A DNA stretch of 31,659 nt from positions 1 through 31,659 of the forward strand of contig WAKA01000050.1 in the NCBI GenBank assembly GCA_015523565.1. Reading direction: 5' to 3'. The stretch is from Candidatus Heimdallarchaeota archaeon. Lineage in GTDB: Archaea; Asgardarchaeota; Heimdallarchaeia; Heimdallarchaeales; Kariarchaeaceae. Below are positions 25,316 to 31,659 of the stretch, one piece after another (positions within the stretch are counted from its first letter, which is position 1; each line of letters starts with the position of its first letter). A model generated the notes under the pieces. It worked only from the letters and a program-made list of their open reading frames with translations, made no database searches and had not been told where the DNA came from. A program made the translations under genes and the position numbers.

Positions 25316-27142
25316 CTATTCCACAGTGACGGATTTGGACAAGTTTCTTGGCTTGTCAGGATCAAACCCTTTCAAAGTGGCAGTGTAATAGGCAAGCATT
25401 TGTTGTGGGATTTCATAGAGGATTGAGGACAGATAACGGCTATAGCCTTTTGGAATTTCGAAGTAATGATCCAAGACCCCCTTGATTTCCTCGTCACCCT
25501 CTTCGATGATACCTATGGCAACAGCCCCCCTTGCCTTCATTTCTTGAACAGACCCCATCATTTTACGGCGGGTTTCATCATTGGGGATTGTGAAGACTAC
25601 AGGAAAGCCATCCTCGATCAGGGCAATAGGTCCATGCTTTGATTCGCCGGCAGGATAAGCTTCAGCATGCACATAAGCGATTTCTTTCATCTTAAGGGCA
25701 CCTTCACATGCCGTGATAAATGAAGGCCCCCGACCAAGGTAAAATGCAGATTGTTTGTTCTTAAACCATTTACTCAATTCCTTCGCCTTGATTTCATGTT
25801 TCCTGATGACTGTTTCAATGGTTTCAGGAAGGTTCATGATGGCTTGATGAAATTCTTCCAGTTCATTGTCTGAAAGGGATTGGGTTTTTTGAGCAACATG
25901 ATAAGCCAGCCGCTGAATTGCAAGGTTTAATCCAGAATATGTTTTAGTCGCGGCCACACCAATTTCAGGACCAGTATGTATATAGATGACATGGTCTGCA
26001 TAGCGGGTTAATGTTGAGTCAACGACATTTACGACTGCAACAATGGTCGCTTTTTTCTCAATTGCATCCTTGACAGCCCGGATTGTGTCAAGAGTTTCTC
26101 CACTTTGTGAAGAAGCTATGACAACAGTATTCTCATCCACAATGGGGGAAATATTGTCCCATTCAGCAGAGATGACAGGGATAACAACCTTTTTTGCAAT
26201 TTTGGGGAAAAGATAATAGGCGGGCATTGCAGCATAATAAGCGGTTCCTGCGGCAACAACGACAATTTTATCTGCGTCAATTATTTTTTCTGCAACTTTA
26301 TCAAGTTGATCCTCTTGAGTCACCAACTGAGTTTTTAGGACTTTTGGCTGTTCATGGATTTCTTTCAGCATAAAATGTGGAAATCCACCTTTCTGTGCGG
26401 ATTCGGCGGACCAATTTATTTCTTTTGGTTTTCGGAGAACAGTTTCCCCAGTCACCAAGTTTAGTATCCTATAAGAGTTTGGTTTAAGGATTGCCAGCTC
26501 ATCATCTTTCAGAATGATGACTTTGTTTGTATATGGAAGAAATGCAGGAATATCGCTTGCACAATAGTTAACACCTTCACCAATCCCCAAAACCAAAGGG
26601 TTGTCTCTTCTGAATGCATAAATGGTATTGGGTTCGTCTATAAGTGTCATGACAATGGCGAATGTACCCTTGATGGTCTTGACCAATTGTTTGATGGCTT
26701 CTATCGGAGGCATTCCTTGGGAGAGATAATATTCCATGAGGTGGGGGATTACTTCAGTGTCAGTATCTGACTGGAATTCAAATCCCAAATCCATTAGGTC
26801 TTTTTTTAGATCAAGAAAGTTTTCAATAATTCCGTTATGAACCACTGCAACACGTTTATGTTGGGAAACATGTGGATGGGCATTTTTTTGGCTTGGGGGA
26901 CCATGAGTTGCCCATCGTGAATGTCCGATTGCAGTTGTCCCTGTCAATGAGGGGAAGTCAAGTTTTAGGCCAACCTCTTGGATGGAACCTTTGTCTTTTT
27001 CTACGACCAACTTGTTTGAGGGGTCAATGATTGCAATGCCGACAGAATCATAGCCACGATATTCAAGTCTTGTCAATGCCTCATAAACAATTTTTCCAGT
27101 ATTTTCATATCTGGTTTGGGTTACGCCAATTATTCCACACAT
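25316..27142 (-). CDS. glmS: Glutamine-fructose-6-phosphate aminotransferase (isomerizing); start ATG 27142
   Basis: MCGIIG, LEYRGYDSVG, GHSRWATHG, HNGIIEN, SQSGET, GPEIGVAATK, ESKHGP and DKPRNLSKSVTVE. Confidence 0.98.
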   Translation of the reverse strand: MCGIIGVTQTRYENTGKIVYEALTRLEYRGYDSVGIAIIDPSNKLVVEKDKGSIQEVGLKLDFPSLTGTTAIGHSRWATHGPPSQKNAHPHVSQHKRVAVVHNGIIENFLDLKKDLMDLGFEFQSDTDTEVIPHLMEYYLSQGMPPIEAIKQLVKTIKGTFAIVMTLIDEPNTIYAFRRDNPLVLGIGEGVNYCASDIPAFLPYTNKVIILKDDELAILKPNSYRILNLVTGETVLRKPKEINWSAESAQKGGFPHFMLKEIHEQPKVLKTQLVTQEDQLDKVAEKIIDADKIVVVAAGTAYYAAMPAYYLFPKIAKKVVIPVISAEWDNISPIVDENTVVIASSQSGETLDTIRAVKDAIEKKATIVAVVNVVDSTLTRYADHVIYIHTGPEIGVAATKTYSGLNLAIQRLAYHVAQKTQSLSDNELEEFHQAIMNLPETIETVIRKHEIKAKELSKWFKNKQSAFYLGRGPSFITACEGALKMKEIAYVHAEAYPAGESKHGPIALIEDGFPVVFTIPNDETRRKMMGSVQEMKARGAVAIGIIEEGDEEIKGVLDHYFEIPKGYSRYLSSILYEIPQQMLAYYTATLKGFDPDKPRNLSKSVTVE

Positions 27143-27190
27143 CTTATTCAACCAAATCCAAAGTTTTAGCAATCCAATTAAGGTGGAAAG

Positions 27191-27208
27191 CTTATATAAA
27201 CATTTCAC
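27191..27208 (-). promoter_or_regulatory. BRE/TATA promoter of glmS-glmU
   Basis: Minus strand reads GTGAAATG-TTTATATAAG about 50 nt upstream of the ATG. Confidence 0.6.
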
Positions 27209-27237
27209 AACATATTTCTGGAAAAGATCGGAAAAAC

Positions 27238-28716
27238 CTAGTTGAGTTCGAATTTATTGAAGTTTCCATATCTATTTGAAGGGGTGGAAGGAGAAGGAGA
27301 TCTAGAATAGGAGAACATGGGGGAAACGGGGTTCATATTCAGTTCGGATCCATATGCACGCAATTGGTTTGATAAATGATTTCGTTCCTCTTTTAAGGAG
27401 ATAATTTGGTCAAGGATGGGTTGTGGTGGCATGGAATGGGTAGCATATTCTTTGACAAGATAATCAATTCTTGCGTCAATGTCACCCAATCTAGCCTTTA
27501 GCTGACTCACGCCACCTTGTTTAGTTGGTTTTTGGGGAGGTGTACCATTCATCAGTGAAAAAATATCATCCAATAGTGATTTTATGCTCCGTTTCAATAT
27601 AGATCCATCTGGACTAGAGATATCAATCATTTGAATTTTACGGGCATCCTTGACTGCAAGATCCTCATTGCTTTTTTGGAGAACCCAATCAAAATAGCCT
27701 GCAATAGGGTAGAGTTCTGCTGGAGTACCAAAGATATATAGTTTTTTAGAGCCAAAATCGACAAGATATTTCATTTCTTTCAGTAAAGAAGTAACAAAGC
27801 GTTTGTCGACAAGTTCGTCATAGGGAAACTTGAAAGACATTTGTTTTTTGCCGACTTGTTGGGAGCAGACGATTATACCTTTATCAAGGAAAACTATCGC
27901 CCCTTTCATTTTGATTTTTTTCAGGTTATTTTCTTCAATTGCAATTCTGACATTAATAAGCGTTGCAATGACACCAGTAACAAGAACGTCAGGAGGGAAC
28001 ACATGACGTATTGTCTCAAAGTTTTCCCTATGGAACAGGACGAGTTTCAATTTCGGAGAAAGCTCGTCAAATCTTGAAGAAACTGTTTTGAAGATTTCAT
28101 CAAGGCGTTGCTTGAACATTTCAACACTTTTAGCCATTGCAGAAAGGTGTGACATGAAGAATGGGTACAACTCAAGATCAGAAATATCCATGGTTCTCAT
28201 TTCCCGAACTACATGGGTTGCAACCTTTCGGATTTTATCCAATTCGTCAACCGCGACTTTGGTTGTCTTTGAAAGCATCTCGCTGATAGTGGAAAGGTCA
28301 CTTTCTATTGAGGGATACCCAAAAAACCCAGCATGTCTTGCAATTCTGATAATAGCCACAATTCTGTCAAATCGTTTGTGCAAAGCCAATAATTTTTGCC
28401 CATATGGTTCAATTGACTTGAGAGTATTAATGAAAATTTTTGGGATTTCTTCAATGATTTTATTTGGTTCACCCAAGTCAGTAGAGTCACAGAATGGGCA
28501 ATGCAATCTTTGATACAACTGAATGGAAACTGTTTCAATATTGCAGTTGGGGCATTCGTCAAATGGAGTGCGTTCAAGGCATGAGGGGCATTCGAATTCT
28601 TCAATTTCAACGACATGAAGGCATCGCTGGCAGACCAAGGATGCACAATTTTTGCAGAATTGAAGACCTGCATTTCCTTTACATTTTTTGCATTGCAACC
28701 TAATGCGATCCCTCAT
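27238..28716 (-). CDS. Multi-zinc-finger (B-box-like plus zinc ribbons), helical/coiled-coil and PH/GRAM-like domain protein
   Basis: Six CxxC pairs in the first 80 aa, about 150 aa of amphipathic helices, a beta-rich KGAIVFLDKGIIV...FKFPYDEL segment ending in a helix, and a C-terminal helical hairpin. Confidence 0.65.
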   Translation of the reverse strand: MRDRIRLQCKKCKGNAGLQFCKNCASLVCQRCLHVVEIEEFECPSCLERTPFDECPNCNIETVSIQLYQRLHCPFCDSTDLGEPNKIIEEIPKIFINTLKSIEPYGQKLLALHKRFDRIVAIIRIARHAGFFGYPSIESDLSTISEMLSKTTKVAVDELDKIRKVATHVVREMRTMDISDLELYPFFMSHLSAMAKSVEMFKQRLDEIFKTVSSRFDELSPKLKLVLFHRENFETIRHVFPPDVLVTGVIATLINVRIAIEENNLKKIKMKGAIVFLDKGIIVCSQQVGKKQMSFKFPYDELVDKRFVTSLLKEMKYLVDFGSKKLYIFGTPAELYPIAGYFDWVLQKSNEDLAVKDARKIQMIDISSPDGSILKRSIKSLLDDIFSLMNGTPPQKPTKQGGVSQLKARLGDIDARIDYLVKEYATHSMPPQPILDQIISLKEERNHLSNQLRAYGSELNMNPVSPMFSYSRSPSPSTPSNRYGNFNKFELN

Positions 28717-28781
28717 GTTATTATTGACATATGATTTTGAAGACTATAAAAACAAAGGAATACTCAAAAAATATATCCAGA

Positions 28782-29060
28782 TTACCGCTTGGCTTTCCGA
28801 TGTTTCTTGGAACGGATTTTCACTTGTCCAAAATGGATTGCACAACTGACACAGAAGTTTTGGGTTTCTTGCCGACGGGGGATAACCGCACCTGCTTTTC
28901 GCAGTTCTTGTGCAATTCTAGGGTCGACAACACTTATATAACGTGTTCTTTTTTTCACTTTGTCTGCGGGAACGTTTCGACCGCAGTTGTCACACTGGAC
29001 ATTTCCAGCCCTCCCTTTTGAACCGCCAGATCTTCCGCCGGTTCGTCTTTTTTTAGTCAT
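28782..29060 (-). CDS. rps26e: 30S ribosomal protein eS26
   Basis: MTKKRR.GGR...KGR...VQCDNCGR.VP.DK and CVSCAIH...VKIRS. Confidence 0.97.
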   Translation of the reverse strand: MTKKRRTGGRSGGSKGRAGNVQCDNCGRNVPADKVKKRTRYISVVDPRIAQELRKAGAVIPRRQETQNFCVSCAIHFGQVKIRSKKHRKAKR

Positions 29061-29261
29061 TAAAGCATCGCCTCTTGTGAATGCATATGATGAATTATAT
29101 TCAGGGGTTTTTTAAAATTGGCATAATTTCAGAACTGATTGCAAAGGATGGAAAAATGGCAAATGAAAGACCATTATCAGGATATCCTTGAACTAAAAAT
29201 TGATTTATGATTTATTTTATTACTAAAATGCTTATCAATAGGCTTCTACCTAATAGAAGTA

Positions 29262-31454
29262 ATGAGTAAAAATTCACTAGCACTCATAGTTATTTTGATT
29301 ACGGTTTTGGGGTCAGCAGGCACCATGCCATTAGTAATCAATGCATCTGCGAAAAAAAATAATGAATTTTCTAATTCACAAGAATTGAAAAATTACACAC
29401 CAAAGTTTGATGCATTGAATGTGAAAGGTGAAATGACTCTGTCTCCCATGTTTACACCAGACAATGCATTGGCAATCCATGCGTATTGGATTTCTAGAGC
29501 AAACAGTACATTGGACATTCAAAACCAGTACATTACCATGTTCAATACTTCTTCTTCGACTTCGGTAGATGACTGGAAAAATGATCCTTCGCCAATTTTG
29601 CGGGAGATTGTTAAGGCATACCAACGAGGGGTTTCTGTCCGCGTACAAATAAATGAAGATGGGGATTCTGATGATGTCACCACCTTTCTACAAAGCGTAG
29701 GCATTCCAGTTCGTTGGATGGGCTCAAGCAGCAATAACCCAGATGGTGAGTATTTATCCGCAACACACAATAAAATGGTCATCATTGATGGAAAAGTCTC
29801 GCTTATAAGTTCAATTAATTTTGGGAAAAATGCATTCACGAGGAACAGGGAGGCAGGGATGGTAATTCAAAATGAGGCAATCGCAGCATATTACACCTCA
29901 ATTTTTGAATCAGATTGGAATGATGGGGAAGTCCCTCCAGCATTAGATCCTGGTGAAGGGGTAAACCCACCATTCTTGAACGATGTTGAAGTACAGCTTT
30001 CTGGTTTTGAAAGTCATACAAACATTCCAAAAGCGAACTTTACAGGCACATACAATGTTACAGCATTTGCGAATCCAGACAATGCAAATGATGTAATCTT
30101 CAAATATCTTAAATCAGCCAAAAAGTCAATTTATGTCTCAATGTATACAATTTCAAGACCTGATTTCAACAATACATTGATTGAATTGAAGAAGGCAAAT
30201 CCAGAATTGGATATTCAAGTATTAATTTCTAGAAGAAGGGTAGGGGGTACAGAGAACAGGGACACAGCAGCAGCTGCAAGATCATTGGTGGCAAACCTGA
30301 TACCAGTATATAACAGTACAGATACATTGAATTTTTATCATAACAAGTATTGGATAATAGACGGAAAGCACACTTTTGTGTATTCTGGCAATTGGTCACC
30401 AAGGAGTGTTGCACCCCCATTAGAAAATGGGGAGACATCATACTCGTCAGGAGAAGCAAATAGGGACATGGGACTGGTTGTAGCAGATGCTCCAGATATT
30501 GCACAATTTTTCATTGATGAGGTCTGGAAGAAGGATGTTGCAGTTGCATCTGCATGGGAACTTCCTGTTGGGATTTCCCAAACGTCATTTGAGACTGCGC
30601 AAGTAGTTAGTGGAACTGTAAAACTTTCTGCCCAAGCATCTGGATTGAACCCAACATTTGTAGGATATAGGTTTGGAAATGCAGAATTCACAGAGGTGAA
30701 TTCAACAGATGGCTCATTCACAGTTGAATTTGACACAACAACACTTGAAAATGGAATTACAACTTTTGAGGTAAAGGCAGAAACACCTTTAGGGACATTT
30801 ACCGATAGTGTTGAAATTAACATAGTCAATTATGCATCATCGGAAAATTGGAGGGTTTTGCTTTCTGAAGTGTTACCAAACCCAGGGGCAGTGGATGATG
30901 CTGAAGGAGAATATTTTGAAATAACAAACAGTTTTCCATTTGATGTGTTGATTTCAGGTTGGCAAGCAGGAACTTCTTCAAAGTTACTGACGTTTGACGA
31001 GGGTTATAGAATAAGCGCATATACATCAATCATAATTGCCCGGAATGCAAATGGATTTTCATCAGGTTATGGGGCGAACGCGGATTTTGAATTAAGCATG
31101 TCATTGACAAATTCAAAGGGGTTTGTTCAACTGTTAAACCAAAAAGGAGAAGTAGTTGACGCAATCGCGTGGGGAGATGAAACTGCACCTGACGGTTCTG
31201 AATCTGTTGCATCACCAGGGTCAGATGAAGCAATTTTAAGGGAACCAATCTACAAAGACACCAATTCTGCATCCGATTTTGTATTGGGTATTCCAGATCC
31301 AAAAGGAGCAGTTCCTCACCAGCCATTGCTTTTGCCAGGGGCAACACCTACCCCAACAGTTGAAGAGACTGGAAGTAATGTCTCACCACTTGGATTTTTG
31401 GCAACAATAATGGCAATCCCAGCAATTGAGGCAATTAGACGCAGGAGAAGGTAA
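29262..31454 (+). CDS. Secreted phospholipase D-superfamily protein (two HKD motifs) with Ig-like and lamin-tail-like domains and a C-terminal anchor
   Basis: Signal peptide, HNKMVIIDG..SSIN and HNKYWIIDG..SGNW, Ig-like VSGTV...FDTTTLENG, LTD-like LLSEVLPNP...EGEYFEITN...ISGW, P/T linker, TM and RRRRR. Confidence 0.9.
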   Translation: MSKNSLALIVILITVLGSAGTMPLVINASAKKNNEFSNSQELKNYTPKFDALNVKGEMTLSPMFTPDNALAIHAYWISRANSTLDIQNQYITMFNTSSSTSVDDWKNDPSPILREIVKAYQRGVSVRVQINEDGDSDDVTTFLQSVGIPVRWMGSSSNNPDGEYLSATHNKMVIIDGKVSLISSINFGKNAFTRNREAGMVIQNEAIAAYYTSIFESDWNDGEVPPALDPGEGVNPPFLNDVEVQLSGFESHTNIPKANFTGTYNVTAFANPDNANDVIFKYLKSAKKSIYVSMYTISRPDFNNTLIELKKANPELDIQVLISRRRVGGTENRDTAAAARSLVANLIPVYNSTDTLNFYHNKYWIIDGKHTFVYSGNWSPRSVAPPLENGETSYSSGEANRDMGLVVADAPDIAQFFIDEVWKKDVAVASAWELPVGISQTSFETAQVVSGTVKLSAQASGLNPTFVGYRFGNAEFTEVNSTDGSFTVEFDTTTLENGITTFEVKAETPLGTFTDSVEINIVNYASSENWRVLLSEVLPNPGAVDDAEGEYFEITNSFPFDVLISGWQAGTSSKLLTFDEGYRISAYTSIIIARNANGFSSGYGANADFELSMSLTNSKGFVQLLNQKGEVVDAIAWGDETAPDGSESVASPGSDEAILREPIYKDTNSASDFVLGIPDPKGAVPHQPLLLPGATPTPTVEETGSNVSPLGFLATIMAIPAIEAIRRRRR

Positions 31455-31455
31455 A

Positions 31456-31659
31456 ATGAAAAGAATCAAGGCAAAAATACCAACATGGGAAGAAGGTTTC
31501 AGATTCATTAAAGAGGTAGGTGAAACACTCCAAGTGCCTGTAGAGGAATGGGATGAAAAGCAGGTTTTGGAGATTTCTGACCTCTCAGTTCATGTTGTGC
31601 CTGATGATCGTGGCTTTGCCTTTGTAACCATCAAAGTAAATAATGAGAAGTATAAAGAG
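31456..31659 (+). CDS. Hypothetical protein, partial (runs off the window)
   Basis: ATG one nt after the PLD stop and open for 68 codons to the window end (MKRIKAKIPTWEEGF...). Confidence 0.65.
   Translation, partial: MKRIKAKIPTWEEGFRFIKEVGETLQVPVEEWDEKQVLEISDLSVHVVPDDRGFAFVTIKVNNEKYKE

Noticed and set aside
1-31659. CRISPR arrays, rRNA, IS elements, proviral genes
   Set aside because: No regularly spaced repeats or hallmark proteins were visible.

Overview
Archaeal chromosomal window, most likely from an Asgard archaeon (Heimdallarchaeia-like). This is inferred from eS26, an archaeal SelB-like factor, TrmY, a 7TM-longin-like fusion, BHB-type tRNA introns and leaderless TATA promoters. The left arm (1-7.2 kb) holds a SelB-like factor, a PINA-type ATPase-KH lacking its PIN domain, rpl11, a beta-CASP RNase, a single-OB SSB, a membrane-tethered venus-flytrap binding protein and a tRNA-Trp(CCA) gene with two introns (37/38 and 59/60). 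The middle (7.3-18.3 kb) is an accessory block. It has a 1182-aa orphan ORF with an apparently damaged 5' end, divergent from a cassette of [doubly anchored surface protein A]-[two double-FtsX permeases]-[LolD/MacB-type ATPase]-[surface protein B, about 70% identical to A]-[short remnant of permease 1]. The right arm holds a 7TM-longin-like protein, a UbiA prenyltransferase, a candidate three-hairpin RNA, trmY, two HTH regulators with repeated palindromic operators, an acidic protein, a short crotonase, glmU-like, glmS, a B-box-like/coiled-coil/PH-like protein, rps26e and a secreted PLD-Ig-LTD protein. No CRISPR, rRNA, integrase or transposase was seen. All family calls come from motif recognition by eye; no searches were run.
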